A DNA stretch of 64,000 nucleotides from Vicinamibacteria bacterium (GCA_963668695.2 CAXXLQ010000004.1:1760001-1824000), one strand, 5' to 3'. Numbered from the stretch's first letter, positions 1-10,983 are shown. Notes: generated by a model not told the origin, from the sequence alone. Translations and numbers: made by a program.

Positions 1-72
1 TGGCGCGACCCAGACTGGAGGCGGAAATCAGGCGATCACCATGCAAATACGGATATAGATTATGCTATCTGC

Positions 73-1248
73 ATGGATTATGTCCCGCGACGCCTGACCG
101 GAGAGGTCGAAGCGGCGCTCCTCCGACAAGCGGCGGTGGCGCTGCTGGGGCCACGCCAATCCGGCAAGACGACCCTCGCGCGGCGGATCGCTGCGAGCCG
201 CGACGCCGTTTACCTGGATCTCGAGTTGGCCGAGGACCGGCGGCGCCTGGACGATGTGCCCGGTTTCGTCCGCGCCAACGAGGATCGGCTGGTGGTGCTC
301 GACGAGATCCATCGGGCGCCCGACCTCTTTCCCGAGCTACGGGGGCACATTGACGAGGGGCGGCGAAAGGGGAAGGGGACCGGGCGGTTTCTGGTGCTGG
401 GTTCGGCTTCGCCCGCACTGCTTCGGCAGTCGGAGAGTCTGGCCGGGCGGATCGCATACCTCGATCTCGGCCCGCTCGACGTGCTTGAGATCGAGCCCGA
501 TGCAGACTCCGTGGCGCTGCTCTGGGTGCGCGGCGGGTTGCCTCCCAGCTTCCTCGCGGCAAGCTCGGAGGAGAGCCTGTGGTTCCGGCGCGACCTGATC
601 CGCGCCTACCTCGAGCGCGATTTCCTGCAGTTCCGCCCGCGGGCGCCGGCGCTGCTACTGGAGCGTCTCTGGACCATGCTCGCGCACGCTCAGGGCGGGA
701 TGCTGAACCTCTCCCGGCTCGCCGGGAACCTGATGCTGAGCGCGAGGACGGTCGGCGCCTACCTCGACCTGCTGGAGGGGATGCTGCTGGTGCGGCGGCT
801 CCGCCCGCGGTATGCGAACGTGAAGAAGCGCCTCGTGCGGGCGCCCAAGATCTACATCCGGGACAGCGGATTGACGCACGCCCTGCTCGGGATCGCCGAC
901 TTCCACGCGCTGGCGGCACATCCGGTCGTGGGGGCGAGTTGGGAGGGGTTCGTCATCGAGACGTTGCTGGCCGTGGCGCCGTGGCTGGCGCTGCCTTCGT
1001 TCTACCGGACCTCGAACGGGGCGGAGGTGGACTTGGTACTCGACCTGCCCGGTCGCAGCCGCCCGTGGGCCATCGAGATCAAGCGCGGCTCCGCGCCGAA
1101 GGTGTCCCGCGGGTTCGCCATTGCCCGCGCCGACCTCGACGCCGAGCGGGCTTTCGTCGTGCACGGCGGCCGGCACCGGTACCCGATGGGCGACGGCGTG
1201 GAAGCGATCGGCCTCCCGGAGATGGCGGCCTTGCTGCGGGACTGGTGA
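73..1248 (+). CDS. AAA+ ATPase (AAA_14) with C-terminal DUF4143 domain
   Basis: Walker A GPRQSGKTT, Walker B VVLDEIH, GGLP motif, C-terminal EVDLV...IEIK restriction-endonuclease-like motif. Confidence 0.9.
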   Translation: MDYVPRRLTGEVEAALLRQAAVALLGPRQSGKTTLARRIAASRDAVYLDLELAEDRRRLDDVPGFVRANEDRLVVLDEIHRAPDLFPELRGHIDEGRRKGKGTGRFLVLGSASPALLRQSESLAGRIAYLDLGPLDVLEIEPDADSVALLWVRGGLPPSFLAASSEESLWFRRDLIRAYLERDFLQFRPRAPALLLERLWTMLAHAQGGMLNLSRLAGNLMLSARTVGAYLDLLEGMLLVRRLRPRYANVKKRLVRAPKIYIRDSGLTHALLGIADFHALAAHPVVGASWEGFVIETLLAVAPWLALPSFYRTSNGAEVDLVLDLPGRSRPWAIEIKRGSAPKVSRGFAIARADLDAERAFVVHGGRHRYPMGDGVEAIGLPEMAALLRDW

Positions 1249-1329
1249 TCGCTCATCGCGGCCGCGGAGCGGCCGAGGGTGCGGCACTCACCACCGGGCG
1301 CAGCGCAATCCGGGCGGGTTTCGCGCTCC

Positions 1330-1640
1330 CGCGCGATGCCGGTCGGAGACCGGCGCTCCAGGCCGTCCGAGCCGCCTCATCTGTTGGGGGTACGTGCCGA
1401 GACGGGAGCCATCCCGACGGTTGGGGTCTTCGCCGCCGCGGCCCTGCGGGCCGCTGTGCCGGTGTGAACACCGGCGTTCCAGTGCTTGGCCGCGCTTCAC
1501 GCGGGTCGGCGGTACGACGTTTCCGCTGTCGCGCGCCATCTGGGCGGTCGGCGGTACGCGGTTTCGCGGCCCTGCGGGCCGCGCGTGCCGGGCCCCACCG
1601 GGAGGACTGCCCAGAGGTCGGCGCTCCAAGCCGTCCCCGC
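1330..1640. repeat. Cluster of REP-like hairpins, one carrying the 21-mer insert
   Basis: gccggtcggagaccggcgctcc, gccggtgtgaacaccggcgttcc and gcggccctgcgggccgc hairpins; 21-mer variant at ~1591. Confidence 0.75.
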
Positions 1641-1748
1641 GCTTCTTTCAATCCAGCGATTCGCGACTCTGCCCGCCTTCGGCGGGCTATGCCAAACGGA
1701 GGCCGGCGGACCTAGCCGCCGGCCTCCTGGGGGGGGCGCCTGCCGACC

Positions 1749-4691
1749 CTAGAACTCCAGTCGGAGAGCGAACTGCGCTGCCCGCGGACCGTACGCGGTG
1801 GAAGTCACCTGCCGCGCAGAGCCGAAGCCGCTGGAGTCGATGGTCCCGTTGTAGTTGCCGAAGTTCCCGTGGTTGAGCAGGTTGAAGACCTCGGCGATCG
1901 CAGAGGCTCTCACCGGTCCCAAGTTGAAGACCTTCGAGAGGCGAACGTCAACCTTGTGAAGCGCCTCGCCCAGCAGCGCATGCCTCGGCGCCTCGTTGCC
2001 GGGGCCGGTCCCGATCGTGGAGGGTCCATCGAAGCGATCCAGAATATCCGGATTCACCTGGATCGGATCTCCGAGATTCAGGCGATTCGTGCTCGCGCTC
2101 TTTCCGTACGGCCGGCCCCCGATTGACGTCCGGTAGCGGTTTCCGGAGCCGAAGAAGTACGCGCCCGAGACCGAGAAGTCGTACGGGAGCTGGTAGATCC
2201 CGTTGAGACGGAACGTGTTCCGCTGAAAGTCGAGCGCGGGGCCCCACTCGGCGTCCGGGTCGAACGTGTTGTTGGGGAAGTCACCCCAGCCACGGGTGTC
2301 GTCATTCTTGTAGAAGATGAAGGTGTGCGTCACGTTGACCTGGAGGTTGTCCCGGAACCGACGCCGCAGTCCGCTGGAAACCGCCAGGTAGTCCTGCTTG
2401 CCCGTGCTCTCGATGTAGCGGATCCGGGTGAAGTTGGGATCCAACCGGCCGCGGATGTTGTAGCCCGTCACCGGATCGTAGATCTGGTTCGGGTCCGTGG
2501 CGCGCGGAGTGTTGGTTTCCTTCCAGTAGAGCAGATCCGACTCGAATCCCCACAGAGTGCCGAGCTGCTTCTGGAAACCGACCGAGGTTTGCCAGGTGTA
2601 CGGCAAGGCGAAATTGTGGGCGATCGTCCGCGGGGCCTGCGGGGGAACCGGCACTTCACCGTTCAGGATCTGTTGCGGCGTCACTCCCCGGGTGGGATCC
2701 TGCAAGAAGCCGGGCATCCCGTCGTTCGGGAACGAGTTCACCAGGATGCGCTGGCCGTTGAAGGACTGCTGGCTGAACGTCACGTTCGACGAGCTGATCG
2801 TGTGATAGATGCCCGACCCGCCGCGAATGACCAGATCGCCGCTGCCGCCGACGTCATAGGCGAATCCGGCGCGGGGCGCAATGTTGTTCGTGTCGCGGAT
2901 GTCCCACTTGTAAAGGGAGTCTCCCGCTGACCGGCCGGCGCTTGCTCCGGCGAACGGCGTCATGATGTCGTTGCCCGGTGGCGCGAGAGCACCCCAGTCC
3001 AGGTCGTAGCGGAGCCCGAAGTTCAGGACCAGGTTGTCGTTCACCCGCCAGGTGTCGGCCACCCAGGCGGCCCAGGTCGGCCGGGGGATATCGATAATCC
3101 AGTTGCCGACGTTTTGGCTGAACCGGGCTACCGTGTGGTCGAGCCCGCTCACATCCCAGCAGCCCGGATTGGTGGCGCACTCGATAGGGAAGCGGCGTTC
3201 GAGGTCGGCGGGACGCTCGTTGAAGATGAACTCGCCCCTCTCGAGGAGGTGCCACTCGCCGCCGTCCTTCCAACTCAGGAACTCGCCGCCGACCTTCACG
3301 TCGTGTTCCGTCTTGTCCCAGTTCAACTGGAAACGGGCGGAGAACACATCCTGGGTAAACAACTGCGGGTAGTTCCGCGGTCCACCGAAGGTGATCCCCG
3401 GAAAGACGTAGTTTGGTTGACAACTGGCTTGATCCTGCTGTGGCTGGCCGAAGGTCTGGTCACAACCGCCGACCGAAGTGTCGGCCAGCTTGTTCGACCA
3501 CTCGAAGCCGTTGTAGCCGAGCTTCAGCTCGGTAAAGACCTCCGTGCTCCACAGATGACTCCAGGTGGCGAGCACGTTCGTCGAATCCTGCGTGCGCGCC
3601 CGGGCGTTCGACGGGTGCGCTGAACTCGACAGGCTGTATGCGGTTTCGAAGTCCCAGTAGGAGACCCGGTAGGAGAGCTGATCGTTGTCGGAGGCGGTGT
3701 GATCGACGCGGGCGGTGAAGCTGTTCTGCGTTTCCGGCGTCTCGAACACCCACTCCTGGTTCGGGAGGCGAGCCGGTTGGACGAAAACGCTGCCCGGCTG
3801 CCCCTCGTACTCGTAAGAGAGGAAGTAGTGAACCTTGTCGGTGACGATGGGGCCACCGAAGACGCCACCTATTTGCTGGTTCTCGAACGGCAGCACTTCT
3901 TCGGCGACGTGATCCTCGGCGTTGAAGCGGTCGTCACGGAAGTACCCGTAAATGCTGCCGGTGAAGTCGTTCGTGCCGGAGCGGGTGATGGCGTTCACCT
4001 GCCCTCCGGAGGAGCGGCCCTGCGTAACGTCGAATTGACTCGTGACGATCTGGAACTCGGCGATGGCCTCGCGGCTGAACTTGGGTTGACCAAAGCCGGA
4101 ACTCGCCACCTGCTGGGTGATCTGCTGGCCATCCAGATTGAGCTGGAAGCTTTCGTCGCGAGCGATTCCCGGACGATTGTTGTTGGTGTCGTTGGCGGTG
4201 ATGCCCTTCACCAACAGGGCGAGCTCCATCCAGTTGCGTCCCTGCACCGGCAGATCGTCCATCATGCGGCGATCCACGTTGCCGGCCACTTCCGACGACA
4301 CCAGATCCACGAGGGGTGCTTCAGCGGTGACGGTGATCGTCTCCTCGACCCCCGCGAGCGCCATCTGGATCGTGATGTCGGCGTTTTGCCCTACCAGGAG
4401 CTCGATCTCCGGCAGGATCATGGTGGCGAAGCCGGACAGCGCCGCTTCCACCCGGTAGGTGCCCGGTGGCAACGCCGACGCCCGGAATCCACCCGTGGCA
4501 CCGGTCACGGCCGACTGCTGTCGTCCGGTGTTGTTTTCCACCACCAGGACCGTCACGCCGGGTAGCGCACCGCCGGAGGTGTCTTCCACCGTTCCGGAGA
4601 GCGTCGCGGATGTCTGTGCAACCACGGCGACAGGTAGCAATAGAAAGCCCGCCAAGGCGAGCACCGACCAACGGCCCATCAAATTCTGCAT
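1749..4691 (-). CDS. TonB-dependent receptor, Oar-like, with N-terminal carboxypeptidase-regulatory-like domain
   Basis: Signal peptide, GTVEDTSGGALPGVTV, RSGTNDFTGS plug motif, C-terminal QFALRLEF. Confidence 0.9.
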   Translation of the reverse strand: MQNLMGRWSVLALAGFLLLPVAVVAQTSATLSGTVEDTSGGALPGVTVLVVENNTGRQQSAVTGATGGFRASALPPGTYRVEAALSGFATMILPEIELLVGQNADITIQMALAGVEETITVTAEAPLVDLVSSEVAGNVDRRMMDDLPVQGRNWMELALLVKGITANDTNNNRPGIARDESFQLNLDGQQITQQVASSGFGQPKFSREAIAEFQIVTSQFDVTQGRSSGGQVNAITRSGTNDFTGSIYGYFRDDRFNAEDHVAEEVLPFENQQIGGVFGGPIVTDKVHYFLSYEYEGQPGSVFVQPARLPNQEWVFETPETQNSFTARVDHTASDNDQLSYRVSYWDFETAYSLSSSAHPSNARARTQDSTNVLATWSHLWSTEVFTELKLGYNGFEWSNKLADTSVGGCDQTFGQPQQDQASCQPNYVFPGITFGGPRNYPQLFTQDVFSARFQLNWDKTEHDVKVGGEFLSWKDGGEWHLLERGEFIFNERPADLERRFPIECATNPGCWDVSGLDHTVARFSQNVGNWIIDIPRPTWAAWVADTWRVNDNLVLNFGLRYDLDWGALAPPGNDIMTPFAGASAGRSAGDSLYKWDIRDTNNIAPRAGFAYDVGGSGDLVIRGGSGIYHTISSSNVTFSQQSFNGQRILVNSFPNDGMPGFLQDPTRGVTPQQILNGEVPVPPQAPRTIAHNFALPYTWQTSVGFQKQLGTLWGFESDLLYWKETNTPRATDPNQIYDPVTGYNIRGRLDPNFTRIRYIESTGKQDYLAVSSGLRRRFRDNLQVNVTHTFIFYKNDDTRGWGDFPNNTFDPDAEWGPALDFQRNTFRLNGIYQLPYDFSVSGAYFFGSGNRYRTSIGGRPYGKSASTNRLNLGDPIQVNPDILDRFDGPSTIGTGPGNEAPRHALLGEALHKVDVRLSKVFNLGPVRASAIAEVFNLLNHGNFGNYNGTIDSSGFGSARQVTSTAYGPRAAQFALRLEF

Positions 4692-5410
4692 GGAATTCTC
4701 CTTCTCAAGATCCTACATGGATCACAAGCGAAGCCACAACGATAGGTCTTTCCGCTTCCGTTTGTCAAACAGCAATCAACCCACGCTAAATCAATGATTT
4801 ACGGCGGTCTTGTTCCCCCAGGTCGCTCACTCGAAGGGTCGCTCGAATGCCTGATCCCCGCCATGGAACTCCCGGGTTCCAGCGGCCTATGGTGGAACCC
4901 AGCGGCCCAGTTCTCCCGGTGGGGGCCCGGTGGGGGCTCGAGTGGCGATGCATCCCGCCTGAACCGCCCAAACCTCCATGATCGGGTCCTCCTGCACACC
5001 CTCGCCCGTCATGAAAGTGCATTTCCCAATTGAATTTCCTGGTCTGCGGGGTCGCCTCTACGTTTGGGGTCCGCGCCGAGAACCGTCCCTCCGTTGGGCT
5101 TCTCCACGCCGCGGCCCTCCGGGCCGCTGTGCCGACCCGAGGTCGGCGTTCCCTTGCCGCAGTGCCATCTCGATGGTTGGCATTCGGGCGCGGCTGCATT
5201 TTCACAGCAGCCGGGCGCCTCCCCACTCTCGGCGCTCACCCGGGTTCCACCACCGGCTGCTACCGCCGACCCCAAAACTCCAACCCGCGCGCCCCGCTTC
5301 CCTTCATCGGGCTCCCGCCCCGTCCGTCCATCCGGCCCATTTCCTGGATCGGGGGTCAACCCATCCCCTTTGCGACTCTCGTCCGGTCTCTGCTAGTTTG
5401 CGGGCGGGGA

Positions 5411-7489
5411 ATGCAGACGAGATCCGTGCCGATGCGCAATCTGGCGCTCGTCCTGCTGCTATCGGCTGCCGCGCCATCGAGCGCCGCTCCCGCGCAGGAG
5501 TTCACTCCGGAACACCGCCGGTGGCTGGAGGAAGAGGTCACCTACATCATCACCGAAAGGGAAACGGACGTTTTCCGCTTGCTCGGCACGGTGGAGGAGC
5601 GAGACGGATTCATCGAGGCGTTCTGGCGAAGACGCGATCCGGTCCCGGGCACTCCCGTCAACGAGTTCCGGGAGGAGCACTACCGCCGTTTCGAGTACGC
5701 CAACAGCGAGCTCCGGGGCGAAGCCTTCTCGCCCGGGTGGAAGACGGATCGGGGCCGGATGCACATCATCCTGGGCCCGCCCCGTAGCATCGAGACTTTC
5801 GATAACTACAACAATCTCTATACGAGCCAGCTTTGGTTCTATCAGGGCGACCAGGGCAAGAACGTGCCGTCCTTCTTCTATCTGCTCTTCTCCAAGAAGC
5901 TGGATGCGGTTCAATATCGCCTGTTCATTCCGGGTGCGGACGTTCCGGGAGATTTGATTCGCGGCTCGACGCGCTCGTTTCCCGAGCGGAACATGGAGCA
6001 ACTCCTCCGGATTTCGCCGGAGCTGGCGCGGGCCGCCCTCGCCGTGGACGCGGCGGAGCCGGTCGACATCCGGGGGGGCACCGTCGGTCTCGGGTCCCAG
6101 GTCGCCATGGCGCGAATCGAGGCTTCGCCGAGGCACGCAGTCCGCACCGACTACCTCGACACCTGGGAGCGCTACGGCAGCCGGGTGTCGTCGGAGTACT
6201 CGTTCAACTTCGTGCCCAGCGAGGACAGCTTCGCGGTGCTGGTCGGTCCGGATCGCACCCCCTACCTCCATTTCAGCATCGAGCTCGGACTGGAGAACCT
6301 CCCGATGGATACGAACCGCGATGGATCGCGTTCGTTCACGACGCTCGACGCCAGTCTGGAGGTGCGGGACCCGAACGGCCGCCTGGTTCTCGCGGACGAG
6401 AAGGAGGCCTTCGTCCAACTGACGAAGGCGCAGTTGGGCGCGATCCAGGGCTCGACGTTCGCCTACCAGGACGGCGTCCCGCTGGTGCCGGGCGACTACG
6501 AGGTGATGCTGATTCTTCGCAATCGCGTGTCGCGTCAATACACGGTGGCGGAGCAGTCGGTTCGCGTCAGCGATCCTCCTCGCGGCCAGCCGGCGCTGAG
6601 CGACGTCGTGCTCGGTTTTCGCACGGAGGTGATGCCGGACGGCCCCGACGCGTTCAAGACGTTTCAGGCCGGTTCGGCGCGGGTCCATCCGGCCGCCGGC
6701 GGCGACTTCGCGACCGGCGAAACCGTGCACTGCGTTTTCCAGTTGTTCTCCGCCGATCCGTCGCACGAACTGAACTTCGCTGTGCTCCGGGAGGGAGAAG
6801 TGGTGGCGGAACGCGCCCGCGCCGTTGTCGAGACCGAGCCGGCCCTCATCGAGGAGCAGTTCAGCCTCGACGGCGCGATCGCTGATCGGTATGAGCTCCG
6901 GGTGCGGCTCCAGGACGCCGGCGGGAGCGTGCTGGCCGAAAAGACGGCGCCGTTTCAGGTCTCGCCGCGGGCCAGCATTCCCCGGGCCGCCCTTTTCGCC
7001 CGCCGGAGCTTTGACGTCGAGAGGCGCGCCCTCTTGTCGGTGGTCCTCGGCGACCAGCACTGGGCGATGGAGAATTTCGCCGCCGCGGAGCGGCTTTTCG
7101 AGAGCGCCGCGTCGGAAGGGGACCCGGAAGTCCCGCAGGCGCAGTGGAAGCTCGCCGCTTCCTACCTTCGCTCGGGGAAGGCCGAATCGGCCTTGCGCCT
7201 TCTCCTACCCTTGCAGTACGAGCATGCCGACCGCTACGAGGTGGTCGTCGGTCTCGGTCTCGGCTTCTATATGAAGGGCAATTTCAAGGAGGCGGTTTCT
7301 CATCTCGGAAAGGCCGTCTCGCTTAAGCCGCCGCAACCCGGCATGCTGAACACGCTGGGCGATGCCTATATTCGGTTGGGAGATCGAAAAGAGGCGCGCG
7401 AGGCTTTTGAGCGTTCCCTCGAAATCAACCCCGAGCAGCCCAACATTCACCAGCGCCTCGCTGAGCTGGGCCCTGGCAATTCGCCCTGA
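5411..7489 (+). CDS. GWxTD domain protein with C-terminal TPR repeats
   Basis: GWKTDRGRMHIILGPP motif, FWRRRDP, signal peptide, TPR-like helices; start placed at ATG 5411 (5432 possible). Confidence 0.88.
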   Translation: MQTRSVPMRNLALVLLLSAAAPSSAAPAQEFTPEHRRWLEEEVTYIITERETDVFRLLGTVEERDGFIEAFWRRRDPVPGTPVNEFREEHYRRFEYANSELRGEAFSPGWKTDRGRMHIILGPPRSIETFDNYNNLYTSQLWFYQGDQGKNVPSFFYLLFSKKLDAVQYRLFIPGADVPGDLIRGSTRSFPERNMEQLLRISPELARAALAVDAAEPVDIRGGTVGLGSQVAMARIEASPRHAVRTDYLDTWERYGSRVSSEYSFNFVPSEDSFAVLVGPDRTPYLHFSIELGLENLPMDTNRDGSRSFTTLDASLEVRDPNGRLVLADEKEAFVQLTKAQLGAIQGSTFAYQDGVPLVPGDYEVMLILRNRVSRQYTVAEQSVRVSDPPRGQPALSDVVLGFRTEVMPDGPDAFKTFQAGSARVHPAAGGDFATGETVHCVFQLFSADPSHELNFAVLREGEVVAERARAVVETEPALIEEQFSLDGAIADRYELRVRLQDAGGSVLAEKTAPFQVSPRASIPRAALFARRSFDVERRALLSVVLGDQHWAMENFAAAERLFESAASEGDPEVPQAQWKLAASYLRSGKAESALRLLLPLQYEHADRYEVVVGLGLGFYMKGNFKEAVSHLGKAVSLKPPQPGMLNTLGDAYIRLGDRKEAREAFERSLEINPEQPNIHQRLAELGPGNSP

Positions 7490-7523
7490 CAAATCGCCTG
7501 ACGCGATTCTGGAGTAACCCCTG

Positions 7524-10085
7524 ATGTATCGAAATCCTTACCGGCGCCTGGCGCTGATTCTCGCCGGCGCGATGGTTCTGGCTTCCGGAGCTGTGGCGCA
7601 GCCGGGGGGAACCACCTACCCGGCGTCGCAGCAGGGCGGGAACTACATGCACAACTTCTACTTCCCGCCGGCGCCGAGCTCGACCCCCTGGGCTCCCGAC
7701 TGGTCGCCGGACGGGGAGTGGATCGCGGTGGCGATGAGCGGGTCGATCTGGAAGGTCGAACCGAAAACGGGACGGGCCTGGGAACTCACCTACAACGAGA
7801 AGTACCACTCGCTGCCCGACATCTCCCCCGACGGGCAGTGGCTGGTTTACACGGCCGACGACGGAGGGACGACGATCCAGCTCGAGATCCTGAACCTGGA
7901 GACGGGTGAGAGCCACGCCCTCACCGACGACGATCAGATCTACGTGGACCCCGTTTTCTCCCCGGATGGCAGCCGGCTCGCCTACGTGTCCACGAAGCCG
8001 AACGGCAACTTCAACGTCTACGTGCGCGCGCTTGAAAACGGGCAGTGGGCGGGAGAAGAGGTCCCGATCACCAAGGACAACAACTACGGCAACAACCGGC
8101 TCTACTTCGGCCCCTGGGACATGGCGATCACCCCGACCTGGCTTCCGGGAAGCGGTGAACTCCTCGTCATCTCCAACCGCGGCGTGCCGCTCGGCTCCGG
8201 CAACGTGCTTCGAATTCCGGCCGAGGAAGACGGACTCCTGCAGGCGACGACGGTTCTTTCCGAGCAGACGCTCTACCGGACCCGGCCGGACGTTTCTCTG
8301 GACGGGAAGCGATTCATCTATTCGTCCACTGGCGGAACGTCGGATCAGTTCAGCAACCTCTATGTACAGCCGACGATCGGTGGCGAGCCCTACAAGATGA
8401 CCTTCCTGGATCACGACGCGTTCCACCCCCGCTTTTCGCCGGACGGCGAGTGGATCGCTTACATCTCGAACCGGGAGGGACTCCCCCAACTGGCGCTGCT
8501 GGAGACCTACGGCGGCGAGCAGATCACCGTGCACATCACCGATCGGCGCTGGCGGCGCCCGATGGGGGTGCTGTCGGTCCGGACCACGGTGGCGGGCTCG
8601 AACGAAACCACCGGCTCACGGGTGCACCTGACGGCGTCGGACGGCAAGTTGTACGCCCCCTCGGACGCGTATGCGCGGGCGAGCGGCGTGGACGACCCGA
8701 TGTTCCACCACCCGGGCGAGTTTCGGGTGGAACTCCCCGCCGGCGCCGTGAAGCTGGTGGTGGTGAAGGGCTTCGAGTTCTGGCCGGTAGAGGAGGAAGT
8801 CGAGATCGAGGCCGGAGAGGTACACCAACTCACGGTCGAGCTGCGGCCGATGACGGACATGGCGGCCAAGGGCTGGTACAGCGGTTCCACCCACGTCCAC
8901 ATGAACTACGCCGGGAACCTGCACAACACCCTTGAGAACCTGATGATGATGTCGGACGCCGAGGACCAGGACATCGTGCTGGAGCAGGTCGCCAACAAGG
9001 ACAACCGGATTCTCGACTACCAGCACTTCGTCCCCGGCGGCGGCGCGCATCCGCTGTCGACGGAGGACCGCGTGGTCGTCGTCGGCCAGGAGTACCGGCC
9101 ACCGTTTTACGGGCACGTGTTCATGTTCGGCCTGAGGGACCATCTGATCTCCCCCTTCACGACGGGCTACGAAGGCACCGCCATCGAGAGTCTGTATCCC
9201 AGCAATACGGACATGTTCCGGAAGGCGAAGGCGCAGGGCGCCACCGTCGGTTACGTGCACGCGTTCGGCGGCGAGGCGGATCCGCTCGAGGGGAGCCTGG
9301 GTGGCGCCAAGGGCTACATGGTCGATGCCGCGCTCGGGACGACGGACGCGGTGGAGTGGGCCCAGGCGAGCCGCGCGGGCTTTCATCCGTGGTACGCGAC
9401 GCTGAACAACGGTCTGACGGCCACCGCAGTCGGCGGGGAAGACTCGATCAGCAATCTCCAGCGGAGCAAGCTCGTCGGCTCGGTCCGGACCTACGTGTAT
9501 ACGGGTGGCAAGGGTCTGACGATGGAGGCGTGGCTCGAAGGGCTTCGCAACGGCAATGCGTTCGTCAGCACCGGGCCGCTGGTCGAGCTCACCGTGAACG
9601 GCCGGATCCCGGGCGAGACAGTGGAACTCGCCGCGAGCGGCACGGTCGAGCTCCAGGGAAGAGTGCGAAGCATCACCCCGCTCGACAAGGCCTACATCGT
9701 CTTCAATGGTGAAGTCGTCGAGGAGATTCCGTTTACCGGCGACCGCATGGAACTCGACCTGTCCAAGTCCTACCCGGTCAGCGGGAGCGGCTGGTTCCAC
9801 CTGCGCGTCGAAGGCAAGAACGAGGAGCGCTTTCCCCTGGACGCGAACTTCGCGCTCGGGTTCACCAACCCGGTCTGGGTGACGGTGGCGGGGCAACCGG
9901 TGCGCAACCGGGCCTCGGCCGAGTACTCCATCCGGTGGATCGACAAGCTCCGGGCGATGGCGGAGGAATGGCCCGGGTGGCGCTCGGACAAGGAGCGGGA
10001 GCACGTATTCGCGCAGTTCGACGAAGCCCGCCGGATCTATCAGGGTTTTCTCGATGAGGCCTCAGGCGGCGGGGGGTCCAACTGA
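7524..10085 (+). CDS. Secreted TolB/PD40-repeat protein with CehA/McbA-type (PHP-like) metallohydrolase domain
   Basis: Repeated PxWSPDG/PxFSPDG motifs, GWYSGSTHVH metal-binding motif, GQEYR, NPVWV. Confidence 0.82.
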   Translation: MYRNPYRRLALILAGAMVLASGAVAQPGGTTYPASQQGGNYMHNFYFPPAPSSTPWAPDWSPDGEWIAVAMSGSIWKVEPKTGRAWELTYNEKYHSLPDISPDGQWLVYTADDGGTTIQLEILNLETGESHALTDDDQIYVDPVFSPDGSRLAYVSTKPNGNFNVYVRALENGQWAGEEVPITKDNNYGNNRLYFGPWDMAITPTWLPGSGELLVISNRGVPLGSGNVLRIPAEEDGLLQATTVLSEQTLYRTRPDVSLDGKRFIYSSTGGTSDQFSNLYVQPTIGGEPYKMTFLDHDAFHPRFSPDGEWIAYISNREGLPQLALLETYGGEQITVHITDRRWRRPMGVLSVRTTVAGSNETTGSRVHLTASDGKLYAPSDAYARASGVDDPMFHHPGEFRVELPAGAVKLVVVKGFEFWPVEEEVEIEAGEVHQLTVELRPMTDMAAKGWYSGSTHVHMNYAGNLHNTLENLMMMSDAEDQDIVLEQVANKDNRILDYQHFVPGGGAHPLSTEDRVVVVGQEYRPPFYGHVFMFGLRDHLISPFTTGYEGTAIESLYPSNTDMFRKAKAQGATVGYVHAFGGEADPLEGSLGGAKGYMVDAALGTTDAVEWAQASRAGFHPWYATLNNGLTATAVGGEDSISNLQRSKLVGSVRTYVYTGGKGLTMEAWLEGLRNGNAFVSTGPLVELTVNGRIPGETVELAASGTVELQGRVRSITPLDKAYIVFNGEVVEEIPFTGDRMELDLSKSYPVSGSGWFHLRVEGKNEERFPLDANFALGFTNPVWVTVAGQPVRNRASAEYSIRWIDKLRAMAEEWPGWRSDKEREHVFAQFDEARRIYQGFLDEASGGGGSN

Positions 10086-10367
10086 GAGGGCTCCAACTGA
10101 CCTGACGGGCGCGCGGCGCCCTTCTCCGCACCTCGGCGGGGAAGGGCCCGCCGGCGGGTTGCTGTGTTTCGCCGTCCCCGACCAGGTCCGTGCAAATAGG
10201 AGTGATTAGGACGTGAGTTTCGCGGCCTGCGGCCGCGATGCTGGCCAGTTCTCCCGGTGGGGGCCTGAAGACCGGCGCTCCTGGCCGGAGGCTCGCGAAA
10301 CCCGCAGAGCGCTGCTCGCGTATACGACCCGCGACAGCGCCCGTCGGAGTGGTGTGTTATAACGACG

Positions 10368-10377
10368 ATCTGTATAT
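10368..10377 (+). promoter_or_regulatory. Palindromic operator upstream of brnTA
   Basis: Palindrome TGTATATACA just upstream of the brnT ATG, preceded by TATAAC. Confidence 0.5.
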
Positions 10378-10386
10378 ACAAACCTG

Positions 10387-10662
10387 ATGGAGTTCGAATG
10401 GGACGACACGAAGAATCGCGCCAACATCCGCAAGCGCGGTGTGAGCTTCGAAATCGCCCGGAGAGTCTTCGAGGGGTCCTATCTGACGCGCCTCGACGAG
10501 CGCAGGGACTACGGCGAGGCTCGTTACATCAGCGTTGGCGAGGTGGACGGGGTGGCGATCATTGTCGTCGCGCATGCGAAGCGCGGTGGGTGAATCCGGC
10601 TGATTTCCGCCCGTCCGGCGTCCCGAACGGAAAGACAGGCCTGGTATGAGCACCTTCGATAG
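10387..10662 (+). pseudogene. brnT: BrnT toxin with in-frame TGA at 10591-10593
   Basis: MEFEWDDTKNRANIRKRGVSF; the same frame continues after the TGA as IRLISARPASRTERQAWYEHLR*, the canonical BrnT C-terminus. Confidence 0.85.
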
Positions 10663-10921
10663 CGCACTCAACCCCGAACAGATCGGGGCCGTAAAGGATG
10701 AGGATCTCGATTTCAGTGAGATTCCCGAGCTTGACGAGACCTTCTGGCAGCAGGCGAGGCTCGTCGAACCAGACCGTACCGAGCAGATTTCACTCCGGAT
10801 CAGGCGCTCGGTGATTCAGTGGTTCAAGCGTCCGGGCAAGGGCTATCAGACACGGATCAACCGCGTGCTCGAAACCTACGTGCAGGCGCAGCGCGACGCG
10901 GAACGGCGAAGACTCAAGTAA
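10646..10921 (+). CDS. brnA: BrnA antitoxin
   Basis: DFSEIPEL...ISLRIRRSVIQWFK..GKGYQTRIN; overlaps the brnT end. Confidence 0.9.
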   Translation: MSTFDSALNPEQIGAVKDEDLDFSEIPELDETFWQQARLVEPDRTEQISLRIRRSVIQWFKRPGKGYQTRINRVLETYVQAQRDAERRRLK

Positions 10922-10983
10922 CTCCGTTCCAGGCCATCACGGGGGTCGTTGGCCAGGCGGTGGCGCTGACGCGGCGCCGGACG

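Noticed and set aside
5030-5410. Extended N-terminus of the GWxTD ORF
   Set aside because: Derived from REP and intergenic sequence; the signal peptide begins at 5411/5432.
10591-10593. Selenocysteine or alternative genetic code at the brnT TGA
   Set aside because: TGA ends many normal genes in this window, the position is not a Cys site and no SECIS was recognised.
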